From Candidatus Carthagonibacter metallireducens (GTDB lineage Bacteria > Gemmatimonadota > Gemmatimonadetes > Palauibacterales > Palauibacteraceae), in assembly GCA_023554445.1 (NCBI GenBank), contig JAMJQQ010000119.1, forward strand, positions 1,925 to 65,924: a stretch of 64,000 nucleotides of DNA, read 5' to 3'. Shown one piece after another: positions 38,915 through 48,543 of this stretch. Each line of letters starts with the position of its first letter. Position 1 is the first letter of the stretch. The notes beneath the pieces are model-generated. The model was given only the letters and a program-made list of their open reading frames with translations. It had not been told where the DNA came from and searched no databases. The position numbers were made by a program, and so were the translations under genes.

Positions 38915-39895
38915 ATGAAGCGCGGTTCTCCGATCACCTGGGAACAGGTGCGTGTGGGTCTTCTGATCCTTCTGGCCCTCGGCATCCTGTCCGCCGCCGT
39001 GTTTCTCGTCGGCAATACGGGAAACGTCTTCGGGAGTCGCTATCAACTCGCGACGCTGGTGCGCTCGGCCGCCGGGCTGGTTCCCGGGGCATCCGTCCAG
39101 CTGGCCGGACAGACTGTCGGGCAGGTAGACCGGATCGAGTTGATTCCGCCCGACCTGCGAACCGACGATGGGAACGCAGTCGAAATCTGGATGGCGATCG
39201 ACGAGGACGTCAGGGAGCAGATTCGCACCGATTCGCGAGCACAGGTCCGTACACAGGGTCTGCTCGGAGACAAGCTGATCGATATCGAGCCCGGTTCGGC
39301 AGCGGCTCGGGTGCTCGTGGATGGGGACACGATCCCATCATCCACTTCCGTCGATTACGACGCCCTGATCGCAGAAGGCGCGGGAGCCGTCGGAGAGCTT
39401 CTCGAGATCACGGAAGACCTGTCCGAGTTGACCAGCGGGCTTCTGGAGGGAGAAGGATCTCTCGGCCGGCTGATTACCGACGATGCTCTGTACCTTCGAG
39501 TCGTCTCGCTGGCGGCGAACCTCGATTCCGTTCTCTCGGTGGCAGCGTCACCCGAGGCTCCGCTCATGCAGATGCTGACCGATGATTCCCTTTACGCGTC
39601 GGTTCGAGCGGCTGCGGATGCAATGGAGGAGATCATCGGCTCGGTCGCCGACGGTGAAGGAACGCTTGGACGTCTGATCGGGTCCGATTCGCTGTATGCG
39701 GCGCTGATCGGGTCCGTCCGCACGACCGATTCACTGCTGACGCGGCTCGCGGACGGCCAGGGATCCGCGGGACAGCTGCTCACCGACGATGCGCTGTACG
39801 AAGAGCTTCTGAAGACGGTGACCGACCTGAATGCGCTGCTCGCCGCCATCCGCGACGATCCCGAGCGTTACGTCCCGCCCGTATCGATCTTCTGA
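38915..39895 (+). CDS. mlaD: MlaD/MCE-family protein with helical repeats
   Basis: GLVPGASVQLAG, QGLLGDKLIDI, repeated GxGSLGxLxxDDxLY. Confidence 0.88.
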   Translation: MKRGSPITWEQVRVGLLILLALGILSAAVFLVGNTGNVFGSRYQLATLVRSAAGLVPGASVQLAGQTVGQVDRIELIPPDLRTDDGNAVEIWMAIDEDVREQIRTDSRAQVRTQGLLGDKLIDIEPGSAAARVLVDGDTIPSSTSVDYDALIAEGAGAVGELLEITEDLSELTSGLLEGEGSLGRLITDDALYLRVVSLAANLDSVLSVAASPEAPLMQMLTDDSLYASVRAAADAMEEIIGSVADGEGTLGRLIGSDSLYAALIGSVRTTDSLLTRLADGQGSAGQLLTDDALYEELLKTVTDLNALLAAIRDDPERYVPPVSIF

Positions 39896-39946
39896 CCGAT
39901 CTGTTCGAAGCCGAGGTTCGGGCCGGCCCTGTTCTGACGACGCCGC

Positions 39947-40465
39947 TCAGTCTTCGTGTCGTGCCAGATCGTGGATGGTCGCAAGGCTGAGAATCCGATA
40001 TCGGACACGTCCGCCCGGCAGGGTGATCTCGGCCTCTTCTCCACCCGATTTTCCAAGCAGTGCTTTGCCGATTGGCGACGCCATCGAGATCTCGGAATTC
40101 TCGAGGTTGATCACATCCCCGAATGCGAGGGTGTAGGTCTCGGTCACCTCATCGTCGAGATCCAGAACCTCGACCTTCGATCCGAAGCCGACCCGGTCCT
40201 GAGGGATCTCGTCGAGATCGATCTCCGAGATCTCCGACAACCGGCGTGAGATGTAATCGAGCCGGGCCCGCACGAGCTGCTGCCGCTCGAGCGCAGCCGC
40301 ATACTCGGAGTTTTCCCGCAGGTCGCCGAGCGCCACCGCCTTCTCGATCTCTCCGGGCAGAGTGACGTTCAGCTCGTGAAGAAGCGCCTCCGCTTCACCG
40401 TTCAGTTTGTCGATCAGTTCGTCAAGCACCGTTCGTCCGTTCAGTTCCTGGTCGGAGCGACCCAC
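39947..40465 (-). CDS. greA: GreA/GreB transcription elongation factor
   Basis: GDLRENSEY, VGFGS, ISMASPIGKALLGK. Confidence 0.85.
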   Translation of the reverse strand: MGRSDQELNGRTVLDELIDKLNGEAEALLHELNVTLPGEIEKAVALGDLRENSEYAAALERQQLVRARLDYISRRLSEISEIDLDEIPQDRVGFGSKVEVLDLDDEVTETYTLAFGDVINLENSEISMASPIGKALLGKSGGEEAEITLPGGRVRYRILSLATIHDLARHED

Positions 40466-40476
40466 GCTCCCCGTAA

Positions 40477-40514
40477 TGAAAACGCCGCGGGACGCATCCA
40501 GGGCGCCCCGCGGT
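40477..40514 (-). terminator. Probable intrinsic terminator after tmRNA
   Basis: Minus strand CCGCGGGGCGC..GCGTCCCGCGG followed by CGTTTT. Confidence 0.55.
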
Positions 40515-40526
40515 TCGAATGTCTGA

Positions 40527-40884
40527 TGGAGGTGCCGGGACTTGCACCCGGGTCCGCGAATCCTTCTTCCTCGGCATCTACGTGCGTATTCGGGGATCTC
40601 GTCTCGCGTCAGGCAGGGCTCCCCAACGGCCCGCCTTCAGCCAGCCACTACGGCTTTCGCCATCTCACCGGCTGCGGTCGCGGCGTCCGCCTCCGGCCAG
40701 CCCGATTTGCGACGTCCCTGGGACCGCCTCGGGCCGGGCGAATCCTGGGACGGGACGCGTTAGTTACGCGGCCAGCGCCATGTTGTCATTGGCACCTGAA
40801 AATTTTCCCGGTGTTTTACGAGGCCCGAGAACCTCGGCACGCTTCCTCGGATTCCAGTAAACACGTCGAATCTGAATCACCCCC
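40527..40884 (-). ncRNA. ssrA: tmRNA, tag peptide (A)ANDNMALAA*
   Basis: 5' GGGGGTG..GATTCGAC pairs with 3' CACCTCCA; T-arm-like CCGGGTGCAAGTCCCGG; tag ORF GCC AAT GAC AAC ATG GCG CTG GCC GCG TAA. Confidence 0.95.
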
Positions 40885-40943
40885 ACGAATTCTCAAACAG
40901 CGATAAAAAGCGGACCGCAATAAAGGGTCCGCTTCTGCTCCAA

Positions 40944-40972
40944 ACACTAGTCTGCGCGCTTTGTTCCGTCAA
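40944..40972 (-). promoter_or_regulatory. Sigma70-type promoter of ssrA
   Basis: TTGACG-N17-TAGTGT. Confidence 0.6.
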
Positions 40973-41017
40973 TTCGACCCGGGGATCGAGATGTCGAGGC
41001 AGGCGGCATCCCGTCTT

Positions 41018-41047
41018 TTGACAGTCGTTTCGTGTCTCCGGTATGTT
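41018..41047 (+). promoter_or_regulatory. Sigma70-type promoter of ptsN (divergent from ssrA)
   Basis: TTGACA-N18-TATGTT. Confidence 0.6.
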
Positions 41048-41124
41048 GCAGGTTGCACTCCACCGTCGGTGGGGATTCAAACGATTCGAGGGTCTTGCGC
41101 CCTTTCGTGCCAGGGAGCCGATAC

Positions 41125-41586
41125 ATGCAGCAGATGCAACTCCGCGACTTCTTTTCGGAAGACGCGATCAAGCTGGATCTCGAAGCCGAGACCAAGGATG
41201 AGGCACTGAAGGAACTGGTGGGTCTTCTCGGTCTGGACGAGAAGTCTCAGGCGATCCTGTTCAAGATGCTGAAGCGCCGGGAGAACCTGGGATCGACGGG
41301 AATCGGCCGCCGGATTGCGATTCCCCATTGCCGGTCACTGGTCGTAAATCGCCTCAGAGTAGCTTTCGGCCGCAAGCCGGGCGGTCTCGATTTCGATGCG
41401 ATCGACAAGAAACCCGTTCAGAACATTTTCCTGATCGTAGCCCCGCCGCTCGAGGTGTCCAACCAGTACCTGCCGGTTCTGGGCAAGATCGCTCAGTTCG
41501 GCAAGGAGTCCGACATTCCGGAGCGCCTCGCGGCGATCGAGACACCGGAGGAGTTCCTCGCTCTGCTGGAGGAAAAAGGAGTCTGA
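41125..41586 (+). CDS. ptsN: PTS IIA component, Ntr/fructose type
   Basis: RENLGSTGIGRRIAIPHCR, DFDAIDKKPV. Confidence 0.85.
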   Translation: MQQMQLRDFFSEDAIKLDLEAETKDEALKELVGLLGLDEKSQAILFKMLKRRENLGSTGIGRRIAIPHCRSLVVNRLRVAFGRKPGGLDFDAIDKKPVQNIFLIVAPPLEVSNQYLPVLGKIAQFGKESDIPERLAAIETPEEFLALLEEKGV

Positions 41587-41590
41587 ATCC

Positions 41591-41947
41591 ATGCACCCGC
41601 AGCTCGAGCTTCTCCTGGAGCTCCAGGATCTGAAGACCCAGCGGAGGTCGCTCGCCGAGGACGGACTCTCGGAGGTCGAGTCGGCTGTGTTCGAATTGCG
41701 CCCCTCCGAGGCACTCGAGATTCTGGATGGAAAGATCGAGGAACTGGCAGGGCGTCTGGAGGCACCGGTCCGTGCCCGGTTTTCGGAAGTGTCACAGTCG
41801 CTGGGCCGGGCGGTGGCACCCGTGTTGAACGGGATCTGCTACGGCTGTTTCGTGGCGATCCCGACAGCATGGTCCTCCGAGGTCAGCCGGAATGATCGGA
41901 TCAACGTCTGTGATCACTGCGGCAGATTTCTCTACTACGTGGATTGA
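41591..41947 (+). CDS. C4-type zinc-ribbon protein (short)
   Basis: LLELQDL, AVAPV..ICYGCFV...CDHCGRFLY. Confidence 0.78.
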   Translation: MHPQLELLLELQDLKTQRRSLAEDGLSEVESAVFELRPSEALEILDGKIEELAGRLEAPVRARFSEVSQSLGRAVAPVLNGICYGCFVAIPTAWSSEVSRNDRINVCDHCGRFLYYVD

Positions 41948-41954
41948 GAATCCT

Positions 41955-43853
41955 CTACTCCGACGGCTGATCGGACGCCACCCGGCCGGAACCCGTCCGA
42001 CGCGTCACACCGGTGCGATCGAGGTACTCGAGAAGGGGAATCACCTCGCGCCGCGACAGGTTGAATTCCGAACCGAAGGCGGCCGGTGAGGCCGGCACCG
42101 AGTCCGCCAGCACCCGCATCGCTCCCTCCCGCAAGCGCTCCACTTGCTCAGCTGTCAGGAAGAGTTGCGGCGTAAGGGACACGACCCTTCCCTCGCGCTC
42201 GAGCAGCCGGAGCAGGTCGTGCAGCAGCGCCCGGTCCAGGCCGTGCGCTTCCTCGATCCTTGCGGGCGAGGGTGGTGCCAGACCACCGCCTGCCAGCGCC
42301 CCGTAGACTGCAATCTTCGCCTGTTCCTCTGCATCTGTCAGTCTCGGGCGATGATCCGGGATTCGGACCAGGGGGCCTTCCCGAACGACCCGTCCTTCCG
42401 ACTCGAGGGCCCTCAGGACTTCTTCCAGCAGCGGACTCGCGTACCGGTCCGCACCCATCGAGCGCACGCTTTCGAGTGGGACACCAGGCTGCCGGGGCGA
42501 CCCCGCATGAGCATTCCGAATTGACTCGAGCACCGCTTCACGCGCCTCGTCCACGATATCCGTGGCGAAGAGCCTGTCGGACAGCACCACCGCGTTCCCG
42601 GGGCCTTCATCCGGATTGACTGGAAACCCGGTGTGCAGCGCCAGCGCTGACCGGTCGATCCCCTGACCGGCCGCGAGGCGAACTGCGATTTCAGTCGCCT
42701 CGTCGGGCTTCGCGTCGAGCAGTCGCATCCAGCTCGTGGCAGACGCTCGCCAGCGACGGGTCGGAGCCAACTCGGCGACCCGGCCGCCGCCGATCGTCCG
42801 CATCGGAGAGACGCGCCGAAGGACGAATCGATCACGGACCCGCAATGGGATCGGATCCCGTGTCACGAGAACCGCCGCTGCGGACTCTCCTGGCGCGAGT
42901 GTCCCACCGTCCTGGAGTAGTACGCGGGCCAACGTCTCACTGGTTCCGTGGTAAAGCCTCACGCGGTCCGCGTGATCCAGCCCTTCGACGGCCGCGGGCA
43001 GCAGGCGAATCCTAGCGCCGAACCTCCGAACCGCCCGCCAGCCGGAGTCTGAGACAACCATGTCACCCGATTCAACGCGCTCCAGCGGGAGGCCGGCCAG
43101 CGACAGCGCGCAGCGGGAGGCAGGTCCGACCGTTTCCACGTCTGTCCCGAATCGCTGGATTCCTCGCACTCGGGCCCGGCCCCCCGACGGCAGCAGCTGC
43201 ACGGCTTCGCCTCGCGCCACCGAGCCACTCCAGACGGATCCGGTGACCACGGTGCCGGCCCCGGGAATCGTGAACGCCCTGTCGATCGGAAGCCGGAAGA
43301 GATCGGTCTTCGGTCGCTCGACGACCTCGGAGGCTGTCTCGATCAGGGCCTCACGCAACGCCTCGAGGCCCTCTCCGGTCAGGACCGAGATCGGCAGTAT
43401 CGGCCAGTCGGAGTCCGAACCGAACCGCTGGAGTTCCTCCCGTACGGCGTCCAGAACGAGGCCCTGCCAATCGGCATCGACGCGGTCGATCTTCGACAGC
43501 GCGACGACACCGCGGCGAATTCCCAGGAGTTCGGCGACGTCCAGATGTTCAAGGGTCTGGGGCATCGGCCCCTCATCGGCCGCGACGACGAGAAGCAGAC
43601 GGTCGATGCCCGAGGCGCCGGCCAGCATCGTTCGCATGAAGTCCTCGTGGCCCGGGACGTCGACGAGCTCGATCTGTGGCCCCCGATCTACCGAGACGGG
43701 AGCGAAGCCCAGCTCGATGGTCAGTCCCCGACGCTTTTCCTCGACGAGTCGGTCGGGATCGATACCTGTGAGAGCTCTCACGAGGGAGCTCTTTCCATGG
43801 TCTACGTGCCCGGCCGTGCCGACGATCACGGAGCCTGAACCGGAGTCAGGCAT
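41955..43853 (-). CDS. selB: Selenocysteine-specific elongation factor
   Basis: GTAGHVDHGKS, DPDRLVEEKRRGLTIELGFA, DVPGHE, C-terminal SRREVIPLLEYLD winged helix. Confidence 0.95.
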   Translation of the reverse strand: MPDSGSGSVIVGTAGHVDHGKSSLVRALTGIDPDRLVEEKRRGLTIELGFAPVSVDRGPQIELVDVPGHEDFMRTMLAGASGIDRLLLVVAADEGPMPQTLEHLDVAELLGIRRGVVALSKIDRVDADWQGLVLDAVREELQRFGSDSDWPILPISVLTGEGLEALREALIETASEVVERPKTDLFRLPIDRAFTIPGAGTVVTGSVWSGSVARGEAVQLLPSGGRARVRGIQRFGTDVETVGPASRCALSLAGLPLERVESGDMVVSDSGWRAVRRFGARIRLLPAAVEGLDHADRVRLYHGTSETLARVLLQDGGTLAPGESAAAVLVTRDPIPLRVRDRFVLRRVSPMRTIGGGRVAELAPTRRWRASATSWMRLLDAKPDEATEIAVRLAAGQGIDRSALALHTGFPVNPDEGPGNAVVLSDRLFATDIVDEAREAVLESIRNAHAGSPRQPGVPLESVRSMGADRYASPLLEEVLRALESEGRVVREGPLVRIPDHRPRLTDAEEQAKIAVYGALAGGGLAPPSPARIEEAHGLDRALLHDLLRLLEREGRVVSLTPQLFLTAEQVERLREGAMRVLADSVPASPAAFGSEFNLSRREVIPLLEYLDRTGVTRRTGSGRVASDQPSE

Positions 43854-44583
43854 CTGCCGGACCCAGAAACTCCAGCGACCGGATCTGCAGATCTTCGGCG
43901 ACGTGGATTCGGATGAATTCCTTCAGCAATCGGACATGCCGGGCCGAGATCCCGGGCACAGCGATGTCACCGTCGACGGCGAGCTTCCTGAACACCGCGA
44001 GCTCCGCCGGCTCGAGCAGGTCACCTGAAGCTGAGCAGTCGGTACAGAGAACGCCCCCCTCCCGCGTGTCGAATCGCGCACGCTCGGAGTCATCGACCTC
44101 CCGGCCGCACGAGAGGCAGCGATTCAGGGCCGGCTCGAATCCGAGGACGCGAACGAGCTCCCAGATTCTCGCGACCGACACTGCAGTGACGGTCCGGGGC
44201 GGCGCCTGAACCAGGTCATCGAGCCCGCGCCGGAGAGCCGAGAACACACGTTCGTCCCTCTCGGCGGGGGCCAGCCGCAGCACGAGCTCGGCCAGCACGG
44301 AAGCTCCGGCGAAACGTTCCATGTCGGAGCCGAGAGACTGGCGGGATCGCACGAGATCGAAGCCGGACAGCGTGTGAAGATCCCGGTTCGGCTTCAGATA
44401 CAGGGTCGCCTTCCCTTCCACGAACGGCTCCAGCACACCGCTCATGCGGCTCTTCGGCCGGAGCGCACCGCGCGCGAGGGCAGAAAGCGGACCGTGGTCG
44501 AACGTCAGCAGGCGGAGAATCTTGCTGGTGTCGCCGAACCGGTAGGTCTGCAGAACCAGGCAGGACGTCGTGACGATGGGCAC
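43846..44583 (-). CDS. recO: DNA repair protein RecO
   Basis: FGDTSKI..ALARGA..LEPF; CLSCG..GGVLCTDC. Confidence 0.9.
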   Translation of the reverse strand: MPIVTTSCLVLQTYRFGDTSKILRLLTFDHGPLSALARGALRPKSRMSGVLEPFVEGKATLYLKPNRDLHTLSGFDLVRSRQSLGSDMERFAGASVLAELVLRLAPAERDERVFSALRRGLDDLVQAPPRTVTAVSVARIWELVRVLGFEPALNRCLSCGREVDDSERARFDTREGGVLCTDCSASGDLLEPAELAVFRKLAVDGDIAVPGISARHVRLLKEFIRIHVAEDLQIRSLEFLGPADA

Positions 44584-44589
44584 GGCGCA

Positions 44590-44618
44590 AAGCTAAGAAC
44601 CGGATGCCGGGGCGGCAA
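44590..44618 (-). promoter_or_regulatory. Promoter for probably leaderless recO-selB
   Basis: TTGCCG-N17-TAGCTT, 6 nt before the GTG, no SD sequence. Confidence 0.55.
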
Positions 44619-44636
44619 TTACGACCGGGACGAAGC

Positions 44637-45800
44637 TCAGTCCCGAACTCCGATGTCCGTCGTTCCGAATCCCGAACCGGTCTCCGAGATCGCCGTGCCG
44701 TCGGGATTGAGCAGCAGCATCCTGCCCGGGGCGTCGGTACGGAACGTGGAACATACGATCCGCCCGTCGGGCAGCGCCGTTGCGGTCCAACAATCGACCC
44801 GAGCATCGGATCCGTCTCGGGTCTCGACTGGATTCGAGGGCCCACGATCGAAGCTGCCGCTCTGCGGATCGAACCGCAGCAGAGCCAGTGACAGGTAATC
44901 CTCGGTCGTCGTGACATAGACCTTTCCGTCGGCTCCGAGCGCCAGGTTCACGCCATTCGCATCGAGCGTTCGGCTCGATATGACCTGACGCGAGTCGGGA
45001 TCTATGGTGACCAGCGCCCCGTCGGAATTCGGGGCGAAGGTGGTCGGATCGAAGGTTCCGCCGGCCAGGACGATCAGACGGTTCCCTGCGAGCAGCGCGT
45101 CCGCCGGGTTCGGCGCGTCGGCGGGAAGCTCGATCACGGCCAGAGGCGCGCCCGCCCGGCTCAGAACGACGACGCGCCCCCTGCCGAGCGGCTCGTAGGT
45201 TCCGCCATCGTCGTCGAGGTTCGCATCGATCGCGAAGAGCTCGTCTCCAGCGGGCACGACGCGTTCGACGAAGGTCCCCACATCGGTCGCGACGGTCGTG
45301 GCCACGCCGGCGCCCGGCGATAACCTGTACACGGCGTCGCTGCCCCGTCCGCCCACCCACAGAACGCCTTCCGGATCGAATCCCGCCCGCGAGGGATTCA
45401 CCAGGGCCGGCTCGGGTCCGGGAAACACCGCTTCCGCGACCAAGCCATCGGACAGATCGACGAGCACCACGCGACTGCCGCCGAAACTGCTTACGGTGCT
45501 CGCAGCGATCGAACCGTGGAGTGCCACTCCCACCCCGTCGAAACCGGCGCCGAGATCCACCGGAGACCCGGCAGGAATGACGGAATTGCCGCTGACCCGA
45601 AACGGAGCGAGGGTCTGCCCGGTCGAATTGAGAGCCACGAGGTCTGCTTCGACACCGGGAGTCGGACCGGTGGGTTCGTCGTCACCGCACCCGGCGGGGA
45701 GCCCGGCGAGCAGGAGAATCGAAACGACAGTGAATCGGTCGCGGGCAAGCCACCGTACGAGACGGAAATGAGACCCTGCAGCTCGAGGAGCGTCCGACAT
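44637..45800 (-). CDS. Beta-propeller lipoprotein in the B12 operon (BtuG/YncE-like)
   Basis: Lipobox LPAGC; repeated beta-strand units; directly after the TonB receptor gene. Confidence 0.6.
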   Translation of the reverse strand: MSDAPRAAGSHFRLVRWLARDRFTVVSILLLAGLPAGCGDDEPTGPTPGVEADLVALNSTGQTLAPFRVSGNSVIPAGSPVDLGAGFDGVGVALHGSIAASTVSSFGGSRVVLVDLSDGLVAEAVFPGPEPALVNPSRAGFDPEGVLWVGGRGSDAVYRLSPGAGVATTVATDVGTFVERVVPAGDELFAIDANLDDDGGTYEPLGRGRVVVLSRAGAPLAVIELPADAPNPADALLAGNRLIVLAGGTFDPTTFAPNSDGALVTIDPDSRQVISSRTLDANGVNLALGADGKVYVTTTEDYLSLALLRFDPQSGSFDRGPSNPVETRDGSDARVDCWTATALPDGRIVCSTFRTDAPGRMLLLNPDGTAISETGSGFGTTDIGVRD

Positions 45801-45856
45801 GTGGCTGTCCTTTCCCGGGCCGATCGTCGAATCCCGTAACAGCGAAGTGGATGGCA

Positions 45857-47734
45857 TCAGCGATATCTGACCGTGAGCGAGAGGCGACGTCCAGGCTCGG
45901 GGTGCAGCTCCACGAGCTCGTAGTAACGATCGAGCAGGTTGTCGACCCTGCCCTCGACCTCGAAGCCGGCAACCCCGAGCGTGGGTTTCCAGGCGACAGC
46001 GAAATCCGCGGTCGCGAATCCCGGTAGCGACCGGGTGCCGGCGACCGTCGTGGTTCGCGATCCTGTCCAGCGGACCCAGGCCCGGATCGAGAGACGCGTC
46101 GACCACCGCTGGAGACCGAGCGTCGCCGCGGTGCCGGGGCGATACGGCACGGGATTCTGATTCGACCCGAATCCGAGTCGGCTGTGATCCAGGGTGGCGG
46201 CTGCGCTCAATCCCCAGCCGGCCGAGCGGGTTCGCTGCGTAGAAACCTCGACCGAGCCTTCGACCCCGTAGCTGACCAGCCTGTCCAGGTTGCGAGGCGT
46301 CCACAGGGCCGCCGCGCTCGCCAGCCATACGATCGGATCTTCGGTCTGCCGGTACCAGCCGGAGATTCCTCCGGACAGTTCGTATCCGCCCGCGTCACTG
46401 CTTCCCTCCAGGCCCATCTCTGCGTCGAGAATGACACGCTCGGGCTCGAGATCCGGATTCGAGCGAACGCGCAATCCCGGCGAGAAATTCAGATCTGCGA
46501 GGGTCGGCATGCGAAATGCCTGTCCTGCCCTGGCACGCAGGGCGATGCGTGAGCCGACGGGGACGCGCAGCCCGATCTCCGGGCTCACCGCCGCCCCTTC
46601 GGCCGTGCCGTCGATCGAAATGGCCGGACGCACGAGAAATGACTCGACAGAGAAGGAGCGGGCCGCCGACCCGCCGATCATCAGCCGCCGGACCTCTCCG
46701 GAGAGGTCATCGCCCTCGAGGCTCTCCAGCGAAAAGCGGCCGGCCAGTTCCAGCCTCTCCGGGCCTCCGGTCCTCGTCTCGACTCCGGCACCGAGAATCC
46801 GCGCGTCCCGAGTGGTGGTCTGCCCACCGCCTGTCCCCATATCCCAGTCGGAGGTGGACCAACCGAACCGTCCGGATATCCCGATACGGCTTCCCTCCCA
46901 CCCCAGCGAGGCGACCGCTCTTCCCTCCTTCCACCGCGCCCTGTCGAACAGTCGGTTCCCCATGGGACCCGGGCTCCCTCGCTCGACGGCATCGTACCGG
47001 AACCCGAGGCGGGTTCGCCCGCGCGAAGCGGAGGACGCGATCGAGAAGCGCGAGCCGTCGGTATTCGTGCGTGTTTCGACGGGAGAACCCGGAACCAGGC
47101 GATTCTCGAAGGAAAAGTCGTTCTCGGCGTGGTCCGCCGAGATCGAGAGTGAGGCCCTGCCAGCGGTTCCCGATCCGGCGACCTGAACCTCGCCTCCGAA
47201 GCCCCCGAACGACGACACCCGGAGTGCGCCTGTCGCCTCGGACGCGCGCGCTTCTCGGGAGCTGAGGAGCAATACGCCTGCCATCGCTCCGGTACCGTAG
47301 CGTGCGGAAGAGGCGCCGCGAACGAGCGTCGCCGAACTGAGCGTCCCGATAGGGACCGTCGACAGATCCGCCCGCCCGGTCATCGGATCGTTCAGCGGAT
47401 GTCCGTCGAGCAGGACGAGAACGCCCTCCGGGCGACTGCCCCGAACGCTGATGAACTCCCCTCCCGCCAGCGCCGAGCCTCTCGTGGAGGATCCGGAAAC
47501 GCTCGACAGCCACTCGCCGAGATCGCGCCACGGGACCGGTGCACCGTCGAACTGCACCTCCGACACGGACCGAGTGAGAGACTCATCCCCAGGCCGCCAG
47601 CGAACGGTCGCTTCGATGGCGGGGAGCACCAGGGGATCGGCAGGTCGATCCTCCTCTTGCGTCAGACCGCTCCCAGGAATCGCGATGACCAGGGCAATAC
47701 ACCCGGTGAGAGAGCGGAACGGCCGCCGCCTCAT
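45857..47734 (-). CDS. btuB: TonB-dependent receptor, probably for cobalamin
   Basis: Plug SVRGS..VLVLLDG..RGASSARYG; NPDLEPE; DNLLDRYYE..PGR; riboswitch context. Confidence 0.8.
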   Translation of the reverse strand: MRRRPFRSLTGCIALVIAIPGSGLTQEEDRPADPLVLPAIEATVRWRPGDESLTRSVSEVQFDGAPVPWRDLGEWLSSVSGSSTRGSALAGGEFISVRGSRPEGVLVLLDGHPLNDPMTGRADLSTVPIGTLSSATLVRGASSARYGTGAMAGVLLLSSREARASEATGALRVSSFGGFGGEVQVAGSGTAGRASLSISADHAENDFSFENRLVPGSPVETRTNTDGSRFSIASSASRGRTRLGFRYDAVERGSPGPMGNRLFDRARWKEGRAVASLGWEGSRIGISGRFGWSTSDWDMGTGGGQTTTRDARILGAGVETRTGGPERLELAGRFSLESLEGDDLSGEVRRLMIGGSAARSFSVESFLVRPAISIDGTAEGAAVSPEIGLRVPVGSRIALRARAGQAFRMPTLADLNFSPGLRVRSNPDLEPERVILDAEMGLEGSSDAGGYELSGGISGWYRQTEDPIVWLASAAALWTPRNLDRLVSYGVEGSVEVSTQRTRSAGWGLSAAATLDHSRLGFGSNQNPVPYRPGTAATLGLQRWSTRLSIRAWVRWTGSRTTTVAGTRSLPGFATADFAVAWKPTLGVAGFEVEGRVDNLLDRYYELVELHPEPGRRLSLTVRYR

Positions 47735-48543
47735 CTCGGTCGCCCACCAGCATTCGAGTCCCCATCCGGCGCTACGGGAATGGCGAACCGCCCCAGCTCG
47801 CCGAGGTCCCGCACGTCCACCGCGCAGCCGAATGCCGCACCCAGCCGCTCTGCCGTGAACACTTCCTGCGGCGTGCCTGTGGCGGCCACACGTCCATCCG
47901 ACAACAGCACGACCCGATCCGAAAACCGGCTGGCGAGGTTCAAGTGATGCGTGACAGTAATCGTCGTAAGCGACTTTTCCCTCGTCAGTTGGGCAATCTG
48001 ACGAAAGGTGTTGTACTCGTGGGCGAGGTCGAGGTGCGCGACCGGCTCGTCCAGCAGCAGCGTGTCAGCCTGCTGCGCCAGGGCCCGAGCCAATCGTGCC
48101 CGCTGCAGCTCGCCCGCCGACAGGGTGAACAGATAGCGCTCGGAGAACTCATCGAGCCCGACTTCCCGGAGGGATGTCGCCACGATGTCCCGGTCGGAGT
48201 CACCGGCGGGACGCCAGGACCCCAGATGAGGATGCCGCCCCATGGCTACGAGCTCGCGCACTTTCAGCGGAAAGGCGAATTCCTCCGTCGCCGATACGAG
48301 CGCCACGCGCCGCGCCAGCTCCCGCCGCGGCCATTCCATGCTGGGCCGCCCCTCGAAGCGCGCCTGTCCGGAGTCGGGGCGGAGGATTCCGAGCAGGGCG
48401 CGCAGCAACGTGCTCTTCCCTGCTCCATTGGGCCCGAGCACCGAGGTATGTACGCCCGGTTCGAAGACCAGGCTGACATCGCGAAGCGCCGGCTCTCCCG
48501 CTTCGCCGTAGCGGACGGTCAGGTTCTCCACCTGGAAGCTCAA
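47731..48543 (-). CDS. btuD: Cobalamin/iron-complex ABC ATPase
   Basis: GPNGAGKS, LSAGELQR, LLDEP, HHLNLA. Confidence 0.82.
   Translation of the reverse strand: MSFQVENLTVRYGEAGEPALRDVSLVFEPGVHTSVLGPNGAGKSTLLRALLGILRPDSGQARFEGRPSMEWPRRELARRVALVSATEEFAFPLKVRELVAMGRHPHLGSWRPAGDSDRDIVATSLREVGLDEFSERYLFTLSAGELQRARLARALAQQADTLLLDEPVAHLDLAHEYNTFRQIAQLTREKSLTTITVTHHLNLASRFSDRVVLLSDGRVAATGTPQEVFTAERLGAAFGCAVDVRDLGELGRFAIPVAPDGDSNAGGRPR

Noticed and set aside
39440..39800. Four GxGxLGxLxxDDxLY repeats in MlaD
   Set aside because: Common helical repeats of MCE proteins; not novel
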